A stretch of DNA of 64,000 bases from a virus (taxonomy: Duplodnaviria; Caudoviricetes). Below, one piece after another: positions 21,912-32,474 of this stretch (the first letter of the stretch is position 1; each line of letters opens with the position of its first letter). The notes under the pieces were generated by a model. It ran no database searches. It worked only from the letters and a program-made list of their open reading frames with translations, and had not been told where the DNA came from. The position numbers and the translations under genes were made by a program. The stretch lies in the IMG/VR virus record IMGVR_UViG_3300031555_002578, one strand, 5' to 3'.

Positions 21912-22484
21912 ATGGAAATCAAAAAATATAACGACTATTCAGAATTTGTAAAATCTGTAATGGATAACATGGAAAGTGTAAGACAAAACATTACTATTGT
22001 TGCTTTCTATGAAGATGCATCTGCAATTTTAAAACATATTGCAAAATATGAAAAATCAATTCTATATTCTATTGATATTCATGATTATATGTGGGAAAAC
22101 TATGATTCTGAATATTATATTACACTTTCTAAAGACGATGAAGGTGATTATCTGATTTATTGTGAAAAGGCTTACGATGATAAAAAAGATGTGTACCTAT
22201 ATGGAGAATCTAATATTGTATATATTGCAGAAGATTGTAGTGCTAAAGTATTGAAAAGACTATATTCTGATATTTATTATGAAGTAAGATTCTTTGATGA
22301 TGAAGAAGATGATTTTGACAAAATGGTAAAAACTATGATGAATGTAGATGAAATTGAAATGGATGAAGACATGAAAGGTTTTACTGTTTCTCGTTCTGAT
22401 GATTATGGTTTTTCTACTTTTAGTTTTCACTCTACAGACGAAGATTTGGTTAAAAGAGTTTTAAAAGATTATAAGAAATTTTGA
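21912..22484 (+). CDS. Hypothetical acidic protein
   Basis: ORF with GGAGG RBS; terminator-like hairpin at about 22525-22566. Confidence 0.75.
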   Translation: MEIKKYNDYSEFVKSVMDNMESVRQNITIVAFYEDASAILKHIAKYEKSILYSIDIHDYMWENYDSEYYITLSKDDEGDYLIYCEKAYDDKKDVYLYGESNIVYIAEDCSAKVLKRLYSDIYYEVRFFDDEEDDFDKMVKTMMNVDEIEMDEDMKGFTVSRSDDYGFSTFSFHSTDEDLVKRVLKDYKKF

Positions 22485-22570
22485 TTTGTGGATTTGATAC
22501 CATAGAAATGAATTTCTTCATATTGAAAGTGCTGAGAATGTTGGAACTTCTCAGTGCTTTCTTTTATTGA

Positions 22571-22644
22571 CGCAGGTTATGGAAGTGGTCTATCCGCTGG
22601 GGTTCATACCTCCAGAATCGCAGGTTCAAATCCTGCACCTGCAA
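22571..22644 (+). tRNA. tRNA-Met (CAT), initiator-like (C1:A72 mismatch)
   Basis: Cloverleaf CGCAGGT...TT-CAT-AC...GGTTCAAATCC...ACCTGCAA; no encoded CCA. Confidence 0.85.
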
Positions 22645-22711
22645 TTTAACCACTATAGGGCTTATCACCACCACCCACCACCCACCATTAAGTTCTATAG
22701 TTGGTTATTAT

Positions 22712-22783
22712 AGGCGGTTAGTTTAATTGGTAAAACGTCAGTCTCCAAAACTGAAGTACAGTGTTCAAATCACTGCCCACCTG
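22712..22783 (+). tRNA. tRNA-Trp (CCA); acceptor stem has two mismatches
   Basis: Anticodon arm TCAGT-CTCCAAA-ACTGA; T arm CAGTG-TTCAAAT-CACTG; acceptor AGGCGGT/CCCACCT. Confidence 0.8.
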
Positions 22784-22987
22784 TTAGAGAAGCAAAACTC
22801 ATAGAAAAGCAATTTGGGACTATTTTCCCCATGCTATATGCAATTTTATAATTTATACTGTACATTGAAAATTTAATAATGAGAGATGAAACGAAAAATC
22901 ATGACAGGGTAAGTTCCTGTATAAGTTTCTTCTAAAAGTTTAAGACCTTTGGAAATCAAAGGTCTTTTTATTTTTAGGAGTGATATT

Positions 22988-23581
22988 ATGGATAAAAGAT
23001 TAGATTGGATATTAAAATATAATAAAGAAAATAATAATGAATATGGTGATTTTGTTTTTTCTGGAAAATATTTAGCCGTATATAGACCCAACCATCATAG
23101 AGCAAGAAAAGATGGATATGTTTATATTCATCAATTACAGGCTGAGAAAATGTTGGGAAGAAAATTAAATAAAAAAGAATGCGTTCATCATAAAGATTAT
23201 GATAAATTTAATAATGATATTAATAATCTTATGGTATTTAAAACTATTGCAGACCATACCGCATTTCATAATGGAAGTGAAATTTATATTGATGGAGATG
23301 TTTGGGTTGCCAAAATACAAAAAAGTTATATTTGTCCAATTTGTAAAATAAATACTAAAACAGATTATGCAAATATGTGTGTTGAGTGCTATCACAAAAA
23401 CAAATCATCTCATCTTCCATCTAAAGAAATATTAATGGAATTAATTTTAAATTATCCTATGACAACAATAGGAAAAATGTATAATGTTAGTGATAATTCA
23501 ATAAGAAAATGGTGTAAAAAATATAATTTACCATATTTAAAAAAAGATATTGATAAATTAAAAATAGAATTACATAATTAA
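22988..23581 (+). CDS. Free-standing HNH endonuclease with C-terminal Zn-finger and HTH
   Basis: GYVYIHQL...VHHKDYDKFNNDINNL; CPIC...CVEC; IGKMYNVSDNSIRKWCK. Confidence 0.85.
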   Translation: MDKRLDWILKYNKENNNEYGDFVFSGKYLAVYRPNHHRARKDGYVYIHQLQAEKMLGRKLNKKECVHHKDYDKFNNDINNLMVFKTIADHTAFHNGSEIYIDGDVWVAKIQKSYICPICKINTKTDYANMCVECYHKNKSSHLPSKEILMELILNYPMTTIGKMYNVSDNSIRKWCKKYNLPYLKKDIDKLKIELHN

Positions 23582-23762
23582 TGTTTTTATTATTTTTATT
23601 ATAATTTTTTAAGAATAGAACTTTACATATTTAATGTAAAGTTATTATATAGTCTAAGGTGTGATTCTTGTTTCTGAAAGTCTATCAGAACAATTTAGGA
23701 TTACACCTATTTTTTTGTTTTTTATTGTTAAATATATAACAATATTGAAAGGAATGAATATT

Positions 23763-24803
23763 ATGGCTAAAGGAAGGACAACTGTTTATAATAACATTAC
23801 CTCTCCTGAAAGACTTGCCTTAGTAAATCCTGAAAATATTCAATTAGGAAAAGATTTTTTAGAATATCTTGCAAGTATCGATAGAAGTAAAACTACTATT
23901 TCTGCATATGCAAGTGATTTAGATATTTTTTGGGTTTGGTGTTTGCAATATAATAATAATAAATTTTTTGTAAATTTAACAAAAAGAGATATTGTTAAAT
24001 TTCAAAATCATTGTTTGAATCAGTATGGATGGAGTTCTGCTAGAATTCGCAGAGTAAAATCTGTACTTTCTTCATTATCAACTTATGTAGAAAATATGTT
24101 AGATGATGAATTTGAGGATTATAGACCAATTATTAGAAAAGTTGAAAATCCTCCAATGAATGCTGTTCGTGAGAAAACAGTTTTAACAGAAGAACAATTG
24201 AAAAAATTACTAGATGAATTAGTGGAAAGAGAACAATATGATAAAGCGTGTATTCTTGCCTGTTGTATGAATAATGGAAGAAGAAAAGCGGAATTGCCAA
24301 GATTAAAAGTGTCTTATTTTACTGAAGATAATGTAATTTATGGTTCTTTATATAAAAGTCCTGAAACAGTGCAAACAAAAGGCAGAGGTTCTAAAGGGAA
24401 ACAATTAACAATTTATACTTTAAAAAGTGGATTTAAACCTTATTTGGATTTGTGGTTAAAATATAGAGAAGAAAATGGAATCACTTCTGAATGGCTTGTA
24501 CCTAAAAAAGAAGATGGTGTTTACATAGATGAACAAATGTCTGTAACAACATTAGATAGTTGGGCAGAAACATTTAGTAAAATTCTTGGTGTTCCATTTT
24601 ATTGGCACAGCATGAGACATTATTTTACAACTGCATGTTCCAGAAGCGGATTACCAGATGATGTAATTAAAAATCTTGTTGGTTGGGAAAGCAATGACAT
24701 GGTTTCTCTGTATAAAGATATTGATGCAGATGAAATGTTTGCACAATATTTTGATGAAAATGGAATAAAAGAGATTGAACAAAAATCTCTTTCTGATTTA
24801 TGA
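23763..24803 (+). CDS. Tyrosine recombinase (Xer/phage integrase family)
   Basis: N-terminal core-binding domain; GRRKAEL (R), HSMRH (H-x-x-R), VGW and catalytic Y in VSLY. Confidence 0.9.
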   Translation: MAKGRTTVYNNITSPERLALVNPENIQLGKDFLEYLASIDRSKTTISAYASDLDIFWVWCLQYNNNKFFVNLTKRDIVKFQNHCLNQYGWSSARIRRVKSVLSSLSTYVENMLDDEFEDYRPIIRKVENPPMNAVREKTVLTEEQLKKLLDELVEREQYDKACILACCMNNGRRKAELPRLKVSYFTEDNVIYGSLYKSPETVQTKGRGSKGKQLTIYTLKSGFKPYLDLWLKYREENGITSEWLVPKKEDGVYIDEQMSVTTLDSWAETFSKILGVPFYWHSMRHYFTTACSRSGLPDDVIKNLVGWESNDMVSLYKDIDADEMFAQYFDENGIKEIEQKSLSDL

Positions 24804-24936
24804 TAATTACTAAATTTTGATTTATATATGATACCTCTCTCCTAAAGGAAGATGGGATTGTACCCTTTGTGGACGATACCCGTCTTCCTGTACTTTAGTT
24901 GATAATTATTTATTAGTTGAAAAGAAGGTGAAAATT

Positions 24937-25941
24937 ATAGCCTACAAAGTTAAATCTAGGGAAGAAAAAAATGTTGAGGAATTAAATTCATCTGTAACAA
25001 TTAATATTGATGCAGATTTTTTTATGAAAAAACAAATTCAAAGAAATGAAAAAAAATATAAATGTACTTGTTGTGGTGGTAGTTGGGATAATCGGAAAAC
25101 TCATTTTTCTAAATCATCCTCCCCTCTTTATCAATCTAATGATGGATATTTAACTATATGTAATGAGTGTAGAGATAAATATTTTTTTAAGTTAGTAGAT
25201 TTATATTCTGGAAATGAAGCCCATGCAATGAGACATATGTGCCAACAGTTTGATATTATTTTTCACATTGATGCATTAAATGCTTCTCGTCAGGTTAGTT
25301 CCGATAAAAGTAGATTTGCATATTATCTTCAAAAAAAGAATTTAGGTCAAACTGCAAGAGCAGGTACTACATATATTGATGGAATCAAATATGATTGGAT
25401 TCACAGAGAAGATGATATTATTGAAAGTATGGAGCAAATAAAACAGGATGATATTTCTGTAAAGGCTACAACATTAGAAAGATGGGGTTTAGGATTTTCT
25501 GAAATGGATTATAAGGTTTTAGAAGACCATTATAAAATGTTAAAGAAAAATAATCCTAACTGCGATAATAACCAAGAAATATTTATTAAATCTCTTTGTA
25601 ATATTAATATGCTAATGGTAAGAGCACTTAGAGATGGTGATTCTGATAAGTATGTAAAATTAACAGACCAATATAGTAAGACTTTTACTAAAGCAGGTTT
25701 AAAAACTATTCAAGAAATTGATAATAGTGCAAATGAAAGTATGGGTGTTACTTTGTCTGTTATTGCTCAATATACTCCTGAAGAATATTATAAAGATAAA
25801 AAATTATATGATGATTTTGATGGTCTAGGTTCTTATTTTACTAGGTTTGTAAGAAGACCATTAAAAAATTTAATGACTGGTTCTACTGAACGAGATAAAG
25901 AATTTTATGTAAAAGATAAGTCAGGTGATAATGATGAATAA
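24937..25941 (+). CDS. Zn-finger protein upstream of the terminase (possible small subunit; SPbeta YonG-like position)
   Basis: CTCC...CNEC; overlaps the terminase start; probable ATA start. Confidence 0.55.
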   Translation: MAYKVKSREEKNVEELNSSVTINIDADFFMKKQIQRNEKKYKCTCCGGSWDNRKTHFSKSSSPLYQSNDGYLTICNECRDKYFFKLVDLYSGNEAHAMRHMCQQFDIIFHIDALNASRQVSSDKSRFAYYLQKKNLGQTARAGTTYIDGIKYDWIHREDDIIESMEQIKQDDISVKATTLERWGLGFSEMDYKVLEDHYKMLKKNNPNCDNNQEIFIKSLCNINMLMVRALRDGDSDKYVKLTDQYSKTFTKAGLKTIQEIDNSANESMGVTLSVIAQYTPEEYYKDKKLYDDFDGLGSYFTRFVRRPLKNLMTGSTERDKEFYVKDKSGDNDE

Positions 25942-27736
25942 TCAATACGCTGACGAAAGACAGAAAAATTTATATAAAAAGTTCCCGTCTACGCATTATT
26001 TAAGCAATCCAAATAATGTACACAATATGTATTTATGGTGTACATTTTTTAGAAGAAATTTACATAGATTAGCAATTGACTATTTAGGGATTAAACTTCA
26101 TCTATATCAACAATTAATTTTATATATGATGGGTATTTCTCAGTTAGTTGTAATTGTTGCTTGTCGTGCCGCCGCAAAATCTTTTATTATTGCGTTATAT
26201 GCTTGTTGTAAAGCAATTATTAAACCAAATAGCAAGATTGTACTTGGTTCAGCAACAAGAGGACAAAGTAAATTGATTATTTCTGAAAAAATAAAAAATG
26301 AATTGATGGGTATGTCTCCTGCTTTACGCAAGGAGATAAAAGATATTAAAGATAGTGCAAATGAATCTATAGTATATTTCCATAACGGAAGTACGATTAA
26401 AGTATTCACTGCAAATGAATTTGCCAGAGGTTTGCGTTCAACTGATGCCGTAAGGGAAGAATTTAGACAAATTGATAAAAATATTGACGATAGCGTAATC
26501 TCACCTTTCCAAACTATTCGACAAGTTCCATACATGATTGACCCTTATTATGCATCAATTGAAGAATTAAAAGAAGACCCTGTTGATATCTATATTTCTT
26601 CTTCTTGGTTTGACGATGGTCACTGGATGTGGAACATTGTTGACCAAGCATATTATGGAATGTTAAATGGTGATGCTTCTGTTATGTTGGCTTTTGATGA
26701 AAGTATTACATTAAAACATAATATAAGAACACAGCGTCAAATGCAACAAGAAAAGAAAAAACAAGACCCTATTACATGGCAAATTGAATTTTTAAATTTA
26801 AAGATTAAGAATAATGCTTCTGCATTTTTTACATATTCTATGTTGACTGATGTACAAAATTTACGTCAGGTATTTTATCCAAGAAATCATAAAGATGTTA
26901 AGTTTCATAAAAGGAATAAGTATGCTATTCCTAAACAAGAAGGTGAAATTAGGGTAATTTCTTGTGATATTGCCTTTGTGGAAGGTAAACAAAACGATAA
27001 TTCTGTTTACAGTTGTATTCGTGGTATTCCAGAATCATTAACATATGAAACAGAAAATGCAGACATTGAAGTAAAACAAGGATATAAAAGACAATATTCC
27101 TATATTGAATCAAATCAATTAGGCGATACAACAAAACAAGCAATTCGTATTAGGCAATTGTACGATGATTATGAAGCAGATTATATTGTTATTGATACAA
27201 GAAATGGTGGGTTGCAGACACTTTATTCTTTAGGGAAAACTTTATATGATGAAGAACGTGGCATAGAATATCCTCCTTTAAAGTGTATGAATAATGAGAC
27301 TTATGCTAATGCGGTAAAAAATCCAAATGCTCCAGAAGTTATTTTTGCTGTTAATGCAAGTTCGCAATTAAATAGTGATATTGCATATAGTTTTAGGCGT
27401 TCTTTAATGGAGCATAGAATGGAATTGTTGCCAAATTTTAATACTGCAAGAGAAGAACTTTTGAATGACAATAATGATTATTTGAATGAAATTGATATTG
27501 ATTTGCAGTTTGAATTTGAAAGACCATTTTTGGAGACACAGGCTATGATAAGTGAATGTGCGGAATTATTATATGAAAAGAATCCTTCTACTGGTGTAAT
27601 TAAAATTTATGAACATGGGAATAACAGAAAAGATAGATATACTTCCTGTAGTTATGGTTCATATTTCTTTGACCAGTTAGAACTTGATTTGTATGGTTCT
27701 GATGCCAATTATGAATATACTTGTCTTGTAAATTAA
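25925..27736 (+). CDS. Terminase large subunit
   Basis: Deviant Walker A ACRAAAKSF, ARGLRS, Walker-B-like REEFR, YISSSW; nuclease motifs SCDIA and KDRYTS; lies before the portal. Confidence 0.85.
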   Translation: MIMMNNQYADERQKNLYKKFPSTHYLSNPNNVHNMYLWCTFFRRNLHRLAIDYLGIKLHLYQQLILYMMGISQLVVIVACRAAAKSFIIALYACCKAIIKPNSKIVLGSATRGQSKLIISEKIKNELMGMSPALRKEIKDIKDSANESIVYFHNGSTIKVFTANEFARGLRSTDAVREEFRQIDKNIDDSVISPFQTIRQVPYMIDPYYASIEELKEDPVDIYISSSWFDDGHWMWNIVDQAYYGMLNGDASVMLAFDESITLKHNIRTQRQMQQEKKKQDPITWQIEFLNLKIKNNASAFFTYSMLTDVQNLRQVFYPRNHKDVKFHKRNKYAIPKQEGEIRVISCDIAFVEGKQNDNSVYSCIRGIPESLTYETENADIEVKQGYKRQYSYIESNQLGDTTKQAIRIRQLYDDYEADYIVIDTRNGGLQTLYSLGKTLYDEERGIEYPPLKCMNNETYANAVKNPNAPEVIFAVNASSQLNSDIAYSFRRSLMEHRMELLPNFNTAREELLNDNNDYLNEIDIDLQFEFERPFLETQAMISECAELLYEKNPSTGVIKIYEHGNNRKDRYTSCSYGSYFFDQLELDLYGSDANYEYTCLVN

Positions 27737-27752
27737 TAGAAAGGAGGCAATC

Positions 27753-29393
27753 ATGCCTGAAGAAAGTAAAAAGAGGGGCAGACCTCCTAAAGTAAAACAA
27801 GAAGAAGTTGTTGAAACAAATAACGTTATTGACAATACTAATTATGAATTTAATAGTTTTGTGGCAAATGGTAGTTTAATTGAAGCAGTTTTTTCTTGTG
27901 GTGTATTTAATTATTTTAGTAAAAATCAAATTGATAATATTTTAAAAGACCCAATTACATATCATGAAGAAGCAATTAGATTGTCTAACTTTGTGTATGG
28001 TAAGAATGGTATTGTAGCGAATTCTATTGATTATATGATTTCCCTACCCTGTTTAGATAAAATTATTATCAATAAAAATAAAAAAACAACTCAAGCAGTT
28101 AAAAAAAATAAAGCACTAATGAAAGCAACTCTTAATACAATTGATGATAAAACTTTTATTAGAAATGCTTTGTTTACACAAATGTTAGATGGTATTGCAT
28201 TTTATTATTTTGAAACTAGAAAAAAGAAAACAGACAACTCTAAATTTTTAAGTGATTATGAAGTTGAACATATTTATGAGATTAATGCTCTGGATGAAGC
28301 AAGTATTAATGCGTCCATTATTTCACTGCCTTGGCAATATACAAAAATTGTTGGTAAGAAAAATGGAAGATATGTTCTGGCTTTTAATTTAAGATATTTT
28401 GATGATTATACTGGTGAATCTTTAGACAGAAAATTAAGAAAATATCCATTAGAAATTGTTGAAGCATATAATACTAGAAAAAGTAATCCAACACAACATG
28501 GTGATTGGTATATTTTAGATAGTGATAAAACAATGTGTCGTAAAATTAAATGTAAAGATTCTGAACCTTGGGGAAGAAGCGTTGTTATTGCTTCATTAGA
28601 AGATGTTTTGTATAAAGATTATTTTGTTGATACTAAAAGAAATGTCTTAGATGAAGTAAATAATAAGATTATTTATCAAACATTCCCAGAAGGTAAAGAT
28701 AAAGGCACATGTGCTTTAACAAAAACACAACAGGAACAACAACACTCAACTGTAAAACAAGCAGTTATGGGGAAAAACAGAAGAAATGGAGTAAGTTTCT
28801 TTAGTGTTGCTTCTGGTACAAAATTAAATTCTATTGATGTAGATATTGATATTTTTGATTCTAAAAATGAATCTGAGTTAAATAATCAAATTTCTCTTGA
28901 TTTAGGTGTTTGTGCTTCTTTGATTGGTGCTATGAGTACAGGTAATTTTGCGGCAGGTCAATCAAACTTAGAAATGATTACTGCACAATTATATTCTTGG
29001 ATACATGAATGGCAAAATGAATTAAATCATGTTATTAACAAAAATATCATTCAAGATGAAAAGAATAGAGTTGAAATTTATTACTTCCCTACTTCATTTG
29101 TAAATAGACAATCATTTTTTGATATGATGAAATCTTTATATAGTGAAGCAAGTGGCTCATTATCTTTCTTAATTGCTAGTACAGGTGTAGATGTTGATGC
29201 ATATTTGTCTGTATTGGATATGGAAATTGCTGAAGGTTATTTTGAAAAATATTTACCTCATATGACAGCGTATACGAATAATGGGGATTCTTCTGGTGGT
29301 AGACCAGAAGAAAAGAATCCTACAAATGAAAATACATTGCAGTCAAAAGCAAATAAAAGTAATGATATGCCTAAACCATCTACAAATAAATGA
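27753..29393 (+). CDS. Portal protein
   Basis: 546 aa directly after the terminase; GGRP-containing tail typical of SPbeta-like portals. Confidence 0.75.
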   Translation: MPEESKKRGRPPKVKQEEVVETNNVIDNTNYEFNSFVANGSLIEAVFSCGVFNYFSKNQIDNILKDPITYHEEAIRLSNFVYGKNGIVANSIDYMISLPCLDKIIINKNKKTTQAVKKNKALMKATLNTIDDKTFIRNALFTQMLDGIAFYYFETRKKKTDNSKFLSDYEVEHIYEINALDEASINASIISLPWQYTKIVGKKNGRYVLAFNLRYFDDYTGESLDRKLRKYPLEIVEAYNTRKSNPTQHGDWYILDSDKTMCRKIKCKDSEPWGRSVVIASLEDVLYKDYFVDTKRNVLDEVNNKIIYQTFPEGKDKGTCALTKTQQEQQHSTVKQAVMGKNRRNGVSFFSVASGTKLNSIDVDIDIFDSKNESELNNQISLDLGVCASLIGAMSTGNFAAGQSNLEMITAQLYSWIHEWQNELNHVINKNIIQDEKNRVEIYYFPTSFVNRQSFFDMMKSLYSEASGSLSFLIASTGVDVDAYLSVLDMEIAEGYFEKYLPHMTAYTNNGDSSGGRPEEKNPTNENTLQSKANKSNDMPKPSTNK

Positions 29394-29461
29394 TTAATAA
29401 AAGAATCTACTTTTAGTAGGTTCTTTTTATTTTATATAAAAGTTTTAAAGGAGGATACGAA

Positions 29462-30673
29462 ATGTTAAATAATATCCTCGAAATTTCAAGTCGTGCTAAA
29501 CGTGGAGGACGAGTGCCTATTAAGATTGCATTACTAAAAATTCATGAAAATATAGAGGAAACAAATGATAATGGTTTGCATTGGAATGAAGATTATGTAA
29601 TGAACGCTATGGAATCTGCTATCTCTATGCCAATTTGTGCAGAATTTGCAACAGAAGATAAAAGTATTCCTTTAGGTCATGGTCTAACTGGAAGTGCAGT
29701 TGATGAAAATGGAATTAGAGAGCCTTTGTTTGAAAATTCTGAAACAGTTGGGGTAATTGAAAAAGTATCTATAGAGACAATTCAAAAAGATAATGAAGAT
29801 ATTAAAGCCCTAGTTGGTGAAGGTGTATTGTTTAATCAACGTTATCCTGCTTTTGTAAAATGGGTTAGAAATAACTATGCAAATAGTGTTGTAGATACAT
29901 CTATTGAAATTTGTGGATTATCTGAAAATGATAATAAAATTATTTATTTAGAAGAAAATCCAACAGAAGAATATCGAACACCCTTATCTTTTCAATTTTC
30001 TGGTACTGCAATTCTCTCTGTAACACCTGCGGATAAAAACGCAGTTGTTTTAGAAGTAGCACAGAAACAAAATAAGGAGGAAGAAAATAAAATGGAATTC
30101 GATATGAATGAAGTGAAAAAAGTTATTGCAGATACAATTAATGAACTGAATAACAAAGAAACACAATTCACAGCAGAAGTTACAGAACTAAATTCTAAAC
30201 TAGAAGCAAAAGATACTGTAATTGCTGAAAAAGATGCAGAACTGTGTGCTAAAGATGAACAGATTGTTGAACTAAATGCAACAATTGAACAAGTAAGACA
30301 AGCCCTACAAGATATGGAAACAGAAAGACAGGGTTGGTGGGCTGAACGTGAAGCACTGGAAAAACAACTAGGTGAACTGAAAGCCAAAGAAAGACTTGGT
30401 GAACTAAACTCTGCTATCGAAGGTTTCACAGAAGAAGAAAAGAAATTTGCTGAATCTGAAATCAATAGTTTTAACGAAAATCCTATGAACGGCAACATTG
30501 ATGCTATCGTTTCTAAGATTTATGAAGGTATTGGTCAGGCTTCTAAAAAAGCAACAGAAGAAGCAAAAATTGCAGAACAAAATGCAAACAAAAATGTTGA
30601 ACTAGACGATATTTTTGCTGAAATGAATTCTGTAAAAACCGTAGAAGACGAAGAAGATATTAACATTTTTTAA
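29462..30673 (+). CDS. Prohead protease/scaffold
   Basis: PLGHG, TSIEI, FSGTAIL.V.PA, then a long coiled coil. Confidence 0.7.
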   Translation: MLNNILEISSRAKRGGRVPIKIALLKIHENIEETNDNGLHWNEDYVMNAMESAISMPICAEFATEDKSIPLGHGLTGSAVDENGIREPLFENSETVGVIEKVSIETIQKDNEDIKALVGEGVLFNQRYPAFVKWVRNNYANSVVDTSIEICGLSENDNKIIYLEENPTEEYRTPLSFQFSGTAILSVTPADKNAVVLEVAQKQNKEEENKMEFDMNEVKKVIADTINELNNKETQFTAEVTELNSKLEAKDTVIAEKDAELCAKDEQIVELNATIEQVRQALQDMETERQGWWAEREALEKQLGELKAKERLGELNSAIEGFTEEEKKFAESEINSFNENPMNGNIDAIVSKIYEGIGQASKKATEEAKIAEQNANKNVELDDIFAEMNSVKTVEDEEDINIF

Positions 30674-30686
30674 GGAGGAAATATAA

Positions 30687-31109
30687 ATGGTTAAATTCAA
30701 TTCCATCGGTCAAATTGAAAAGGACTATTTCTTTATTGACGCAGTGACAGATGTAGAAGTACTAAATGGTGCTTTTGGTGATATCGTTGATGGTAAATTT
30801 GCAGTTGGTGCAAATGCTTCTAAAGCAATCATGCAGATTGAAGTCGGTGACGATATGTACATGGATGAATACAAAATTAATGCAGGTGCTCATGTAAGAG
30901 TAGTTGACCTAGCAAGAGTAGTTGCTCATTCTCATAATAAAATGATTGAAATTTATGGTGCTCAACTGCCTAAAGAATTCGCAGTTGGTGACAAACTGGT
31001 TTCTGACGCAGAAGGTAAACTTGTTGTTGGTGACGGTGCTCCTTGTTATGAAATCAAAGAAATTATCGGTAATAAACTAGGCGTTAAGGCTGAAATCGTA
31101 ACAGAATAA
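30687..31109 (+). CDS. Putative capsid decoration protein
   Basis: Position before the major capsid gene; biased codon use. Confidence 0.55.
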   Translation: MVKFNSIGQIEKDYFFIDAVTDVEVLNGAFGDIVDGKFAVGANASKAIMQIEVGDDMYMDEYKINAGAHVRVVDLARVVAHSHNKMIEIYGAQLPKEFAVGDKLVSDAEGKLVVGDGAPCYEIKEIIGNKLGVKAEIVTE

Positions 31110-31126
31110 TCAAGGAGGAAATAATA

Positions 31127-32224
31127 ATGTCTTATACATTTGAACTAAATAATGAAAGAAAAGACGCTAACTTTGTAAGTGGCAAAGTTAATGGTCAATC
31201 TGCTGTAGTAGAAATTTTCTCTGCAATGGCACAGGGTAAAGACCTTGCTCCTTATGGCAAAAAAGCAGAAGTTGCTGCTAACTATATTATGGAACTAAAC
31301 TCCAAAGCAATGGGTGGAGACTTACAGGCTGCTTCTGAACTGAATGAAATTAGACGTTTTGCTATCGAACCCATTCTGCTGAAAGAAGTAAAACTACTGT
31401 CCATCTTTGGTAACTATAAAGCACTGGGCTACAATGAATCTTGTGAAATTGAATACACAGAATATGCAAATCTGGGTGCTAGAGAACAGGCTCTAGGTCA
31501 AGATGTACAGTTCCCTGTAATCAGAAAAAGACGTACAGGTATCAAAACAACATCTATCTCTGGTGGTCATGCAGTAGATTACAGAAAAGCATCTCTGGGT
31601 GATATGTCTGAAGAAAACGAACTACAAGAACAGGTTAGAATTCAGATTCGCAACAAAATGGCTAAATATGTTGTGGAAACAGTATACAAAGCAATCAAAA
31701 ATGCAACAGGCGTAAAATACTTCTTTGAAGGTGCAGGTCTGACAAAAACAGGCATGGATGATGTTATTGGTAAAGTAAGACGTTGGGGTAAACCTACATT
31801 CGTTGGTGATTATGCACTGGTATCTCAGTTCAATGGCTTTGCAGGTTATCAGGGTGTAACTCCTGCTGTTTCTGGTATTTCTGAAGCAGTTATGAAAGAA
31901 ATTCATGATACAGGTCTAATGGGCGTATACAACGGTACAATCCTGTCTGAAATCCCTAATGCTTATGATATGACAACAATGAATGAAGCAGGTGACAACT
32001 TTGCTACAATGCTACCTGTTGGTCTGGGCTTTGTAATCCCCGCAGGTGCTACATCTCCTATTCATACAGTTACAAGAGGTGGTTTAACATCCTTCTCTGG
32101 TAATGAAGTAACAACAGGTCAGATTATGACACGTTTTGACATTGAATTCGGTGCAATGGTTGTAGAAGGTCAAGAACATCAGATTGGTGTAGTATGTGAC
32201 ACAAATCTGTCTGTAATTGACTAA
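31127..32224 (+). CDS. Major capsid protein
   Basis: 365 aa, strongly biased codons, head-module position; terminator-like hairpin at about 32243-32275. Confidence 0.8.
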   Translation: MSYTFELNNERKDANFVSGKVNGQSAVVEIFSAMAQGKDLAPYGKKAEVAANYIMELNSKAMGGDLQAASELNEIRRFAIEPILLKEVKLLSIFGNYKALGYNESCEIEYTEYANLGAREQALGQDVQFPVIRKRRTGIKTTSISGGHAVDYRKASLGDMSEENELQEQVRIQIRNKMAKYVVETVYKAIKNATGVKYFFEGAGLTKTGMDDVIGKVRRWGKPTFVGDYALVSQFNGFAGYQGVTPAVSGISEAVMKEIHDTGLMGVYNGTILSEIPNAYDMTTMNEAGDNFATMLPVGLGFVIPAGATSPIHTVTRGGLTSFSGNEVTTGQIMTRFDIEFGAMVVEGQEHQIGVVCDTNLSVID

Positions 32225-32294
32225 TTGATGATGTAAATATTTAGAGGTGGAGTACAAACTGTACTCCCCTCTTTTATAAATTAAAGGTGAAATA

Positions 32295-32474
32295 ATGAAT
32301 AAATATTTTTATTGTTATTCTTCTAAACTTGCTCATTTTATAAGAGCCTTTGATATTAAATATATTGATGTTGGTGTAAATAAAAATACAAATACAAAAT
32401 ATTATTTATTTGAAAAAAGCGAAAGATTAGATAAAGTGATTAGTTTGTACAACGAAGTAAAGCATAGAATTTAA
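32295..32474 (+). CDS. Small protein, DUF5659-like (59 aa; not in the ORF track)
   Basis: MNKYFYCYSSKLAHFI...TNTKYYLFEKSERLDKVISLY; AAGGTG RBS. Confidence 0.7.
   Translation: MNKYFYCYSSKLAHFIRAFDIKYIDVGVNKNTNTKYYLFEKSERLDKVISLYNEVKHRI

Noticed and set aside
22712-22783. Suppressor tRNA
   Set aside because: The anticodon is the ordinary Trp CCA.
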